Positions 1 to 9,074 of a stretch of 64,000 nt of DNA are shown one piece after another. How positions within the stretch are numbered: the stretch's first letter is position 1; each line of letters starts with the position of its first letter. This DNA is from an uncultured virus (IMG/VR IMGVR_UViG_3300030376_003448) (taxonomy: Duplodnaviria > Heunggongvirae > Uroviricota > Caudoviricetes): the IMG/VR virus record IMGVR_UViG_3300030376_003448. One strand, 5' to 3'. The notes below the pieces were generated by a model. It saw only the letters and a list, made by a program, of their open reading frames with translations, did not search any database and was not told where the DNA came from. A program made the position numbers and the translations under genes.

Positions 1-35
1 TCTTCGTATATCTGTTGTATCTCCTTTACTGCTTT

Positions 36-358
36 CATATTCTGTCCTCCTAATCTTTTTATTTAACTGTGTTGTTTTGTGTCACAAGCGTCATTTATAT
101 CCACTCTGAGAAAAATTTTGCCTCCCACAAAGTTTTATGGCTACTTATGAAAACGCCACCCACGAACAAACACCAATCCCAATCATGCCCTGTGGCATCA
201 TAACCGAAGCTATCAACCCCCACTATGCTTTCACTGATTATCATATATCCACCACTGATATATGCGCCCCTCCTCAATCTAGTCCAATGTTCTTCTTCTG
301 TCATATTATCTCCTCTTTTTCTTTTTATTTAACTCTATTTTTTTGTGTCGCAAGCGTC
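36..358 (-). promoter_or_regulatory. two copies of the early-cassette promoter module (core GACGCTTGYGACACA + GTTAAA TATA)
   Basis: TGTGTCACAAGCGTC at 78-92 and TGTGTCGCAAGCGTC at 344-358 on + strand; each is followed on the minus strand by GTTAAATA and an ATG about 28 nt after the TATA. Confidence 0.85.
95..304 (-). CDS. small hypothetical protein (early array cassette)
   Basis: 69 aa ORF bounded by copies of the conserved promoter module (344-358 upstream, 78-92 just past its stop). Confidence 0.75.
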   Translation of the reverse strand: MTEEEHWTRLRRGAYISGGYMIISESIVGVDSFGYDATGHDWDWCLFVGGVFISSHKTLWEAKFFSEWI

Positions 359-363
359 TTTTT

Positions 364-1005
364 CTATGCACACTTCCCACATATCACTCTAGGATATGCG
401 CTTGAGATATCCGACTTATGCACTTTTACGGCTTTGATAGCTGGAATTGAGGTTTTGCATCCAGAGCAAACGCCTTGAACGCCTCTAAGCATCGGGGCCA
501 CGATAGCGACCGCCATAGCTTGATTTATCCAATCAATATTGAGTCTTTTCTTGACCACTATCTGAGGCCCTAACGGTTTGAGATTTCGGCCCGCCTCCAT
601 GATTTTCTGGGTCTGGGATTTGGGCGCTCTGATTGGCGCTCGGCCGTCAATGTAGCGACCGTTGGATTCGCCGGTTCTGCGCTTTGAGTCGCCTTCTCCG
701 GCCTTCCCGCCCTTTTTGCCTCTAGTGGAGGCGATTGGGCATTTCTCGCCGTGTAGCTTGTGATTTCTACCCTTACAGGCTTTGTATCGGCATGGCTTCC
801 CGATAGTGATTTTTGGCACGATAACGGCCGTTTTTAGGTACTCGATTGGAACCCCTGCCAATCGGCACAATCTACGATACTGGGCCGTATGACCGCCTAA
901 TCTCCTTGAAGAATACTTGATGTGAGGAACGGCGTTCATTCCCTCTCGGTGAATCTTCATCTGGGCCTTGTGGTATGCTATCTTGGCATGTATTGTCTGC
1001 TTCAT
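364..1005 (-). CDS. basic hypothetical protein with Cys/His zinc-binding motifs
   Basis: 213 aa, K/R-rich; CRYKAC..H...C and C-terminal CSGC...CGKC; TATAAATA about 30 nt upstream. Confidence 0.65.
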   Translation of the reverse strand: MKQTIHAKIAYHKAQMKIHREGMNAVPHIKYSSRRLGGHTAQYRRLCRLAGVPIEYLKTAVIVPKITIGKPCRYKACKGRNHKLHGEKCPIASTRGKKGGKAGEGDSKRRTGESNGRYIDGRAPIRAPKSQTQKIMEAGRNLKPLGPQIVVKKRLNIDWINQAMAVAIVAPMLRGVQGVCSGCKTSIPAIKAVKVHKSDISSAYPRVICGKCA

Positions 1006-1132
1006 GAAATCGTCTAGTCAAAGGGTTGTATTTATAGTTTGAGGCTCCTAACCCCTAAATTAGCCCGTTTTGAAAAGTTTCTCCAAGATAGTCGTCTTAT
1101 GGGAATGTCGCCGTAACACAAAAATCCGTTCC

Positions 1133-1632
1133 GAGATGAGATGTAGGTTATTAAACATTTTGTTTTCGCTTGCGTTGTGATTTTATCGGTGTAGGTAGAA
1201 ACACTTACTGTGTCTTTTACTATTTACTTTCTTTTTGGACAGTTACTTTACTTTACTTTACTTACTTTACTTTTTCACAGTTACTTTACTTTTTAACACT
1301 TATTTTACTTTTTCACATTAAGTGTTGTAAAACTCAGTCGGTGTTGTAAAACTTACTCGGTGTTGTAAAACTCACTTAGGTGCAAAAAACTCACTAGATG
1401 TTACCTAGACTACCTAAGTGCAAAAAGCGCACCGACACACCAAACCCCATACCAGATGAGATGGGGGTTATTAAACATTGTTAATTAACATATGATTGAT
1501 TGTCGCCGGGTTTCCGAAACCCATGTTGAGATGAGATGTAGGCTTATAGTCATTGTGATTAGTATACTTGAGTTATATCGCCGGATTCCCGCACCCGGCC
1601 CCGTGTCTGAGATGAGATGTAGGCTTATAGTC
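1133..1632. repeat. four dispersed 24-27 bp direct repeats (G)AGATGAGATGTAGG(T/CT)TAT...
   Basis: copies at 1133-1159, 1454-1479, 1528-1551, 1609-1632. Confidence 0.85.
1243..1375. repeat. TTTAC microsatellite followed by three 19-bp-period GTGTTGTAAAACT iteron-like repeats
   Basis: (TTTAC)n about 1243-1312; GTGTTGTAAAACT at 1322, 1341, 1360. Confidence 0.85.
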
Positions 1633-1648
1633 TTTCGCTAAAAATAGT

Positions 1649-1846
1649 ATGACGCATGGACTCCCAAAATTGATATACAATGCCGGACGAATTAGGGTTA
1701 TGGCGACAACCATGAGAAGGAGTGAAGTAACATCGAAAGACTTGAACAAGTGGGGATATCCCCGTAGGGACCGAGGATATCGGTTCATCGGGTTCATTGA
1801 GGGTGAATCCCACTACTCATTCACCCCCCTAAAGGGGGTGAATTGA
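1649..1846 (+). CDS. small hypothetical protein (start may be 1700)
   Basis: ORF whose TGA stop overlaps the start of the next gene. Confidence 0.45.
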   Translation: MTHGLPKLIYNAGRIRVMATTMRRSEVTSKDLNKWGYPRRDRGYRFIGFIEGESHYSFTPLKGVN

Positions 1847-2259
1847 TGCCTCGATACAGTCCAGATTTAGGTGATATCATCCTAGGTGGTGCGACCTACT
1901 CAATCGAGGAGGAGGACGAGAACCCCGACGGTTCATTCACCCTCTCAAGGGCTACCCTAGAAGCAGGGTATCAAGTCGGCTTCATCCCAAGGCGTGACCG
2001 TGTTGATTACGATGTTCAATCATGGGCCACAACGAAAAGCCCGGAGGCATTGGAATATCTAATCTGGGCATGTGCTGAAAGGTTCAAGGGGATTGTTGGA
2101 TATGTCGGATTCTGGAAGGACTTGAACGGGGTGTTCCATGTGGACGCCTCCGAGCATTATGATACCCTAGGCCCCGCACTTCACTATGGCAGGGCATTGG
2201 GTCAGCTCACGATATGGGACTGGGCCGATGAGAACGCTATCGTGGTGAAGGAGGCGTGA
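1846..2259 (+). CDS. conserved viral protein, possibly SAM-lyase-like fold
   Basis: GGGGTGA SD; motif GY.VG...GFW.D..G..H.D.S....A..YG...Q..IWD; GC-rich hairpin downstream. Confidence 0.65.
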   Translation: MPRYSPDLGDIILGGATYSIEEEDENPDGSFTLSRATLEAGYQVGFIPRRDRVDYDVQSWATTKSPEALEYLIWACAERFKGIVGYVGFWKDLNGVFHVDASEHYDTLGPALHYGRALGQLTIWDWADENAIVVKEA

Positions 2260-2286
2260 TTAGTGGCTCATACAGGGCATGAAATC

Positions 2287-2311
2287 GGCGGGGGGTACTC
2301 TACCCCCTGCC
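2287..2311 (+). terminator. GC-rich hairpin after the plus-strand unit
   Basis: GGCGGGGGGTA-CTC-TACCCCCTGCC, 11 bp stem with one G-U on the + strand, between convergent genes. Confidence 0.5.
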
Positions 2312-2499
2312 ACACCCTAAGAGGGGCTATATGGGCTTCCATTGGGGTATTATGGGCATACTGGGTTCAATCCCGCATCCCTAGAGCCACGGTACTGCTT
2401 GAAATTCAATATCCGTGATTCAGATTATAATATCCAAAAATTAAAAATTATGCACGTACCTATACGCCCAGCACCTCACGAAATTTGTAAAATTTTTTT

Positions 2500-2745
2500 T
2501 CAAATTTTTTTCCACTGGCGCACCATCTGGGTCCTATGCCAAATGTGTCGCTCCTCCACTGATAGCTCACGCATGTATCTGAAAAGCGCACTACCATGTA
2601 ACTGCGACCACCTATCGGGAACATCTATATTCACCTTCCGGCAAACCTCGTCTGTCTGTCGCCAGTCATCGAAGTAACCTGTGTCATGTAGGCTCTTTAG
2701 TATGTGTCTGTACAGTTTCTTTCGCTTCATTGGTCCCGGCATCAA
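2500..2745 (-). CDS. small basic hypothetical protein
   Basis: 81 aa, start overlaps terminase stop. Confidence 0.65.
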   Translation of the reverse strand: MMPGPMKRKKLYRHILKSLHDTGYFDDWRQTDEVCRKVNIDVPDRWSQLHGSALFRYMRELSVEERHIWHRTQMVRQWKKI

Positions 2746-4250
2746 AATCCTCTCCTGTTTATCACTCTACCACCTACGCCAGACCTCTCACGGTTCAGAC
2801 CTTGTGTGCTTCCACCTAACCATTGTCCTCCCTTCATAGACTTCATAACCACTGGCATCTCCGGTGTTTTGTATGTGAATTGGTCTATAGCGTGTGCAAA
2901 GGCCATGACAGTATCGTTGTGCTTACCCAAGTCCACAATCACACCGTCACGCCAAGCATGAGTCTTCAGCTCATCAAGGATAAGCTCTACCATCCTCCTA
3001 GTTTCATCGTTGCCATAGGGGAAGTAAACCATCTCCCTCTCAAACCAGACTCTAAGCCTGTTGAGTAGCCCCTGCTTCAAAGTCCTGTTGCCTACCTTAC
3101 TAGCACGATAATCTACATTGACACCCTTCTGTGCCAGAAGACTCTTGTACATTTGCTGGAAACCTACGTCCTCACAAGCCAGAGGGCAAGAACCATACCG
3201 CTTACTCCACTCTATCAGCATGTCAGTCTGCTCGTTAGGTGGGAAATCATTACGCCTCCACATATTTACAAAGTGAATAAAGCCTTCTTCGTCCTGTCTG
3301 AGAACAACCATCACACTGTAATCCTTACCAAGACCGTGTGCAGGGTCAAACCCTATCATGTACTTGTTATTAGGAATAGGTTCAACCTGTAGTATAATAT
3401 CCAAGTCTAGATTCTTACGCACCATGTTCTGTGGAAAGACAGAGGAATCGTCATCAACGACACGACATAGGTACTCTTGTGCAAACTCTAGCTCGCCTAC
3501 CGCATCCTTCTGCTCTAGAAGAAACTTAGCACTACGATACTCCGGCCAGAGTGCCTTAGCCTCTACCTCACCATTACTAGCCTTCCACTCATCATAATTA
3601 GGTATAGCACTCCAAGACCCGCTTTTCCAAGACTTGTTACTCAACATCTCTGTATGGTACAGGTCAGTCATTGACATCGGCGTACCTACGACATAAAAGG
3701 AAGAACCGGGACTCAACATAGGGCTGATAGCCTTACGGAACCATTGTTGTAGAGTAGTGGGATTCATCTCATCGCTATCCACAAGTATATCATCGAAAGC
3801 CACACAAGCCGGATGCTCACCACGAATAGCAGACCCAACAGACGTAGCCATAATCCACGCTCCGTTAGTAAAGTGAATCTCAGTCTTGTTGCCCTTCTTA
3901 GGGTCAAGATACCTAGACAACTGAGGATGGGACTTCATATCTTCACGAATCTCCTGTAGCCTTCTGATAGCCGTGTCTTTACTAGCAGAAATCAACCAGC
4001 AAGTAAAGGGCTTGCCATTGGCCTTTTTCTCAAACAAGCATTGGTGCAATAGCTTTACCCTAAGAGTAGTAGACTTACTGTGGTCACGTGGAGCTATTAC
4101 ACAAACCCTATGCACTTCGGCATCTTTTCTATCGGAATACATATCCATCCACTCGCCAATGTGGTCGCCCCATGTGTAACCAAGCCACTCATAGAAATAC
4201 TTGACAGAGCGACGGCTACGCTCCATAGCCAAATCTTGTGTCAATCTCAT
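2742..4250 (-). CDS. terL: terminase large subunit
   Basis: Walker A-like APRDHSKST, Walker B VAFDD, coupling motif VGTP, EFAQEYLC, RNase H-like GFDPA and KHNDTVMA. Confidence 0.95.
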   Translation of the reverse strand: MRLTQDLAMERSRRSVKYFYEWLGYTWGDHIGEWMDMYSDRKDAEVHRVCVIAPRDHSKSTTLRVKLLHQCLFEKKANGKPFTCWLISASKDTAIRRLQEIREDMKSHPQLSRYLDPKKGNKTEIHFTNGAWIMATSVGSAIRGEHPACVAFDDILVDSDEMNPTTLQQWFRKAISPMLSPGSSFYVVGTPMSMTDLYHTEMLSNKSWKSGSWSAIPNYDEWKASNGEVEAKALWPEYRSAKFLLEQKDAVGELEFAQEYLCRVVDDDSSVFPQNMVRKNLDLDIILQVEPIPNNKYMIGFDPAHGLGKDYSVMVVLRQDEEGFIHFVNMWRRNDFPPNEQTDMLIEWSKRYGSCPLACEDVGFQQMYKSLLAQKGVNVDYRASKVGNRTLKQGLLNRLRVWFEREMVYFPYGNDETRRMVELILDELKTHAWRDGVIVDLGKHNDTVMAFAHAIDQFTYKTPEMPVVMKSMKGGQWLGGSTQGLNRERSGVGGRVINRRGF

Positions 4251-4369
4251 AATGGATGCAACTCCTTCTTACCACAATGAGGACAAACCCTGCTCTGTGC
4301 CTTACTTAGTAACATACGTGGTGCAGTCCAGCCACACGCCCAGCACTTAGCAGAAGTCCACTCACTCAT
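4247..4369 (-). CDS. 40 aa zinc-ribbon protein
   Basis: MSEWTSAKCWACGW...VCPHCGKKELHPL; overlaps both neighbours; below the ORF-track cutoff. Confidence 0.7.
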   Translation of the reverse strand: MSEWTSAKCWACGWTAPRMLLSKAQSRVCPHCGKKELHPL

Positions 4370-5807
4370 CATGTACCACCGGGGCGAATAAACTACCTGT
4401 CAATCCAAGATTTTTGTCAATCATGTACGCAGATAGGCCCGGTCTAGCCATAACGTAACCGTTACGACTGTGGTATCTGTCTTCACCAGCTAAACTGGGG
4501 AGTTGTACCACAAGACAACCGCCGACCTCTCTAATCTGTTGGTGATGCAAGTGACCGTGGAACCACAAGTGATTGGTAGTTACACCCCAATCTCTACGTG
4601 CTTCGTGTGCCATAAGGGAATGTAGCTTGTTCATCACCTTACCATCACCGTGAGTAAAACCAATTAAGTTGTTACCATAGGTAACATACTGCCTAATGTG
4701 TGGACTGACCGTTACTACGACATCATCACATGTATTGTAGTAAGCCTCAAGGTATAACATCAACATGATACTGGTGTGTCTGTCATGGTTGCCACCCATA
4801 AAGACTAGCTCGACATCGCTAACTGTGCGTAGCAAGTCAATGTGTTGTCGTGCAAGGTCGCAACCCTGCATAAGAATCTGTGCTGGTGTAGCCGCCATGT
4901 CCTGTGCAGTACCCTTAGTAGTCTGCCCAACGTCATTATCTACGTGGAACCAGTCAGAACCAATACCGACAAAGAATTTTTCTGGCTTGCTTGGTAGCCT
5001 AGCCAGTAGCTCCTCAGTCTTTGTAAGAACCCTATCTCTAGCCTCATCAAGATTGTAAGTGCTACCGACCTCATCTACCCAACCATACTTACCAAAGTGC
5101 AGGTCAGTAGGGGAAAGCACCACCGCATAATCTGTTGTATGCTTCATAGGCTTACGCTTGACACTAACAGGCTTGTGGTCAGCTAGTACCTCAAAGAAGT
5201 CTTTACTAAGTGTTTCACGCAAAATGTTGTACTGCTCTGCATCTTTTTCAATCTGCCTCCACTTTTTCTTCTCCGCCTTCTTTAGAATCTCATTCTTCCG
5301 TATGTCAAGGAAGTTATCTACCATGTCATCAAGGGTGTTAGCCATAACCTCCTCATCAGTGAATGGTTGCATAGCGTGTTTCCACTTGTTCACACGTATG
5401 TACTCACTTACCCAAGCGGCGGGCATGTCAAACTCTCTAGCCATCTCATCATATGTAAACCCACCACCGACATCTGAGTACGCTTGTTTCATGGCTCTGT
5501 GTTTTTCGCCCTCAACAATCAGCATACCATCATGTGAGTCTAGTAGTACAATGTAGTTATCGTTTGACTTATCGTAGTATATACGTGTGGTAGTAGTATC
5601 GTTAGCTTCGTAATCTACGTCATTCAGTACATTACCTTTGGCAATCCAACGTGCTATTGCATTTCGCCAAGCATCAAGACTTCTAGCTGGCTCTATCTCT
5701 GTTAGGAACCTAGCAAAATCTGATGCCGATGCCCAATGCCTATCGTTGGCAAACTTCTCTATTAACTTAGTACCACCAGTAAAATACTGTTCCCCTGTAC
5801 CGCTCAT
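4362..5807 (-). CDS. calcineurin-like metallophosphoesterase with N-terminal extension
   Basis: motifs DLHFG, GSDWFH, GNHD, HGD, GHLHH; start placed at MSGTGE, about 30 nt after a TTATAA box. Confidence 0.85.
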   Translation of the reverse strand: MSGTGEQYFTGGTKLIEKFANDRHWASASDFARFLTEIEPARSLDAWRNAIARWIAKGNVLNDVDYEANDTTTTRIYYDKSNDNYIVLLDSHDGMLIVEGEKHRAMKQAYSDVGGGFTYDEMAREFDMPAAWVSEYIRVNKWKHAMQPFTDEEVMANTLDDMVDNFLDIRKNEILKKAEKKKWRQIEKDAEQYNILRETLSKDFFEVLADHKPVSVKRKPMKHTTDYAVVLSPTDLHFGKYGWVDEVGSTYNLDEARDRVLTKTEELLARLPSKPEKFFVGIGSDWFHVDNDVGQTTKGTAQDMAATPAQILMQGCDLARQHIDLLRTVSDVELVFMGGNHDRHTSIMLMLYLEAYYNTCDDVVVTVSPHIRQYVTYGNNLIGFTHGDGKVMNKLHSLMAHEARRDWGVTTNHLWFHGHLHHQQIREVGGCLVVQLPSLAGEDRYHSRNGYVMARPGLSAYMIDKNLGLTGSLFAPVVHDE

Positions 5808-5880
5808 ATACCAGCCCTTTGTGTAAGGTGTTATAATCATTAGTATTTATTTTTTATTACTTTTGGGTTACAACAAAAAG

Positions 5881-6054
5881 AAAAAAACGCTACACTGAAA
5901 GCCTATAATTAATTTATTCTATTTCTTCTATAGTATGTCTGGTAGAAGCCCCTCTACTATCTCTACTACTACTATTAGTTACCGTAGGTAACTTCTCCAT
6001 ACTATAGAAAAAAATAAAAAATTAAGAAAGAATAGAGCAGTAAAGCGTTTAATT
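5881..6054. repeat. AT-rich palindromic element, copy 1 (divergent intergenic region)
   Basis: box A ACACTGAAAGCCTAT 5892-5906, box B AGAGCAGTAAAGCGTTT 6034-6050, internal IR TTCTATAGTATG/CATACTATAGAA 5926-5937/5998-6009. Confidence 0.8.
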
Positions 6055-6125
6055 ATTTCTAAAAAGCACCAAAATATAAAAAAGAATAACCCAATGATTA
6101 TATGACAACCAAAAAATGACGACGC

Positions 6126-7526
6126 ATGGCAGAGAAGCGTAGCCCATGGAATCTATTTGGCTTGATAGCTAAAGAAGAAAATAATAATCCAATGATAGAG
6201 AGAGCCAGAGAAGGCATAGTCACGGAAGACTTTAGAGCAATAGCAGGTATTCCAGACATAGTGCGTGATACCGAGCGATTGAGAAAGGACAGTAACCACG
6301 ACAACGAGTTTGACCTGTACGATAACATGCTGAAGCTAGACCCAGAGCTTAACGGTGCGGTAAGGGCGGTTTCACTAACTGCTAACAATTACGAGATAAA
6401 CTACACAACAGGTAGAAACGCCCGCATACGTGATGCGATAAGAGGATTGGTTGAAGACACTGTAGAGTTTGACGACATCATGATTAACGCCATGCGTAAT
6501 CTTATGGTCTATGGCAACGACATCAACAAGATAGTCGGAAGGCAGGGTGTGGGTATCACGCAAGTACAGAGCCTACCTGTCAAGCAAGTCACGATTGTTG
6601 ATGAAAGAGGCGGCCTCGGTAGCTACTTCGTAGCCGATGACGACAATCCAATCATCAACGCAGACATATACATGGTGCGAGAGGGGTCGCAGTATGAGAG
6701 AGCCATACCCTCAAAGGAGATTCTACACGTAAAGATAGACGCACGTTCTAACTGGTTTACCGATAACAAGCTACGAAGGACATATGGTATCTGGGGGGCA
6801 AGCAGATTTACTTCCCTCAAGCAACCCATACGCATGAAGTACAACAGTATGAACAACCGCATCAGCCTTGAAGACTCGATGACCAAGCAGTTTATCACAA
6901 TAGACAAGTCTGCTATCGAGCATATCCAAGACCCAGTGGAGCAGAACGATAGACTCAGACACATTATGGATGAAGTCATCAAGCTCTTTGAGGGACTAAG
7001 GGGCGACCAGATACCTGTACTGCCTCACTACGTTCAGTTACATCACGTTGATGTAGGTAACAGTGTGCCAAACAACACTGGCTTCCTAGACACAATCAAC
7101 GCAGACATAGCCGCAGTATTACAGGTCCCAAGAGTAGCGGCCGGTCAAGAGAAAGGTTCGACATTCGCCGCGACATACAACGCAAACCTATGGGCCGTTC
7201 AAGCAATATCCCGTATGCACCGCATACTTTCCGAGGCCGCAACAAAAATGTTTATGATTCACTTGGACCTTCTAGGTATTGAGTACAGGAAGCAAGACTT
7301 ACCCACTATCAAATTTGAAGCTATGGATAGCGAAACACCGCTAAACGTAATGCAGAAAGTTGTCTTGGGTTACAACTCCGGCATACTAACTCTAAACCAA
7401 GCACTAGACATGTTGAGCCTACCAAGCGTAAGTAATGTTGGCGACCAGAGAAAGGGCGGTGAGGGTGCATCTGTCGGTGAGCTACCGAGAGAAAACTCAC
7501 AACCCGGAGCCGTAGATATAAGATGA
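6126..7526 (+). CDS. portal protein
   Basis: 466 aa, first gene of head block; portal-like segments NLMVYGN, SLPVKQVTI, EILHVK, IAAVLQVP, GILTLNQA. Confidence 0.85.
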   Translation: MAEKRSPWNLFGLIAKEENNNPMIERAREGIVTEDFRAIAGIPDIVRDTERLRKDSNHDNEFDLYDNMLKLDPELNGAVRAVSLTANNYEINYTTGRNARIRDAIRGLVEDTVEFDDIMINAMRNLMVYGNDINKIVGRQGVGITQVQSLPVKQVTIVDERGGLGSYFVADDDNPIINADIYMVREGSQYERAIPSKEILHVKIDARSNWFTDNKLRRTYGIWGASRFTSLKQPIRMKYNSMNNRISLEDSMTKQFITIDKSAIEHIQDPVEQNDRLRHIMDEVIKLFEGLRGDQIPVLPHYVQLHHVDVGNSVPNNTGFLDTINADIAAVLQVPRVAAGQEKGSTFAATYNANLWAVQAISRMHRILSEAATKMFMIHLDLLGIEYRKQDLPTIKFEAMDSETPLNVMQKVVLGYNSGILTLNQALDMLSLPSVSNVGDQRKGGEGASVGELPRENSQPGAVDIR

Positions 7527-7645
7527 TAGTAACATATGAGAAAGTTTTTTACATACTCTTAACTCTACTGATTATCTTATCTTTCTATATGCACTCAAAG
7601 AAACCGACTAGAACATTTATTAAACGAACAGAGGGTGATGACAAT

Positions 7646-8056
7646 ATGAGTCGCATGAAGATGTCAAATCCTAACGAGTATCTGATGCTTACTTTCGGTA
7701 TAGCAGTAGTTTTGGCATGGGTCGTTATCGCCGCAACTGCTTCTTACTTCAGCATAGTCGAGGAGCGAGATATTACCGACTCACAACTAACTGTTATCGG
7801 TCTTCTAGGTGGTCCGGCACTTCTTGTCATAACATCTGTTCTTGACTTGTTCAAGAGCAAAGAAGGCGCAAAGATAAACATTCTACCAGACCAGTTAGCA
7901 AGCGACGTTACATCGGCTGAAGCAGTCGAGAGTCACACAAGAATGCTTGAGGAGTACAAACTAAAGCACGACTTAGATATGGAGAAAATGCAGAAACAAC
8001 ACGCATTGGATATGGAAGCATTTCAAATCACTAACGGTAAAAAGGGTGGTAAGTAG
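7646..8056 (+). CDS. membrane protein with two TM helices (ORF open from 7523)
   Basis: two hydrophobic segments then coiled coil; TTTATTAAA 30 nt upstream of ATG 7646. Confidence 0.6.
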   Translation: MSRMKMSNPNEYLMLTFGIAVVLAWVVIAATASYFSIVEERDITDSQLTVIGLLGGPALLVITSVLDLFKSKEGAKINILPDQLASDVTSAEAVESHTRMLEEYKLKHDLDMEKMQKQHALDMEAFQITNGKKGGK

Positions 8057-8361
8057 TGGCTCTCAAAATAACTATGGATAGTGATATCGGTCTAACAATG
8101 ACTGACGCACACGCAGTCATACAGTCGTTTATGATGAACAAAGCAAAGACCGAAGACGGAAGTAGTGTTTTTACAGTAAAATATTCGGGCTTAGTTTGGG
8201 TTGATGCTTCTAAGTACGCAAGCGACAAACAAGCAGTAGTTGGATTTCACTATGAGTTTGCCCTTGATGTAGATGCAAACCAAGACCAGTACAATTTACT
8301 AAAACAGTGTTATCTAAATCTAAAGACTCAAGAAGGCTTTACTGACGGGGTGGATGTTTGA
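8056..8361 (+). CDS. hypothetical virion-associated protein
   Basis: 101 aa, coupled to upstream stop, QCYLNLKT..GF...VDV ending typical of small phage proteins. Confidence 0.6.
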   Translation: MALKITMDSDIGLTMTDAHAVIQSFMMNKAKTEDGSSVFTVKYSGLVWVDASKYASDKQAVVGFHYEFALDVDANQDQYNLLKQCYLNLKTQEGFTDGVDV

Positions 8362-8532
8362 ACATGAGTGTTTGGTGTTCCTTCTGCGTAAGTGGCTCCT
8401 GTTTTGATTGCGAAGTTGCGAAGGATGAGTGACTATGCAATACGATGGACACCCTCTATGGGTGTTCGTCTTAAGATTGTTTGGGGTTGTAATTAACTAA
8501 GTTTAATAAGACAAACTGTAGGTAGCGAACAT

Positions 8533-9048
8533 ATGCCTACACGCCGGGATGGTGAAACTGAAGCTGCATTCATAAACAGGTGCATGGCAGATACTAAGAT
8601 GAACCGTGACTTTCCAGACCGTGACCAGCGATATGCGGTCTGTCTAAGCTACTCAAACAAAAAGGCAGACATTCGTTCTACACCTGCACCGAAGAAAGAC
8701 AGAATCAAGGGTAGTCCTAAGAACAAGCCCGGTTCTGCTAAACCCGGTGGTAAAGTCACATTCAGTGAAAAAGTTACTAATAGCCTAAAAGAAAAGGTAA
8801 AGAATCACAATGCCAAGTCAGACCGTAAGGTGACTCTAGGTATGCTAAAGGCAGTTTATCGTAGGGGTGCGGGTGCTTACTCAACAAGTCATAGACCGGG
8901 TGTGAGCAGGGCCGCTTGGTCTATGGCTAGAGTCAATGCTTTCCTAAGACTGGTTAAGTCTGGCAGACCCGCTAACTCTAAGTATGTACAAGATAATGAC
9001 CTTTTACCTAGAGGCCACCCAAGAAAAGGTAAGGGTAAGAAGGATTAA
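8533..9048 (+). CDS. basic head-associated protein (DUF5824-like LKAVYRRGAGA..SHRPG...W..ARV motif)
   Basis: recalled viral motif; TTAATAAGACA 30 nt upstream. Confidence 0.65.
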   Translation: MPTRRDGETEAAFINRCMADTKMNRDFPDRDQRYAVCLSYSNKKADIRSTPAPKKDRIKGSPKNKPGSAKPGGKVTFSEKVTNSLKEKVKNHNAKSDRKVTLGMLKAVYRRGAGAYSTSHRPGVSRAAWSMARVNAFLRLVKSGRPANSKYVQDNDLLPRGHPRKGKGKKD

Positions 9049-9074
9049 TAAGACACATCTAAAATTCCGCTACC

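Noticed and set aside
1133..1632. Mini-CRISPR array
   Set aside because: Spacers of 294, 48 and 57 nt and two repeat variants do not fit; kept only as unexplained repeats.
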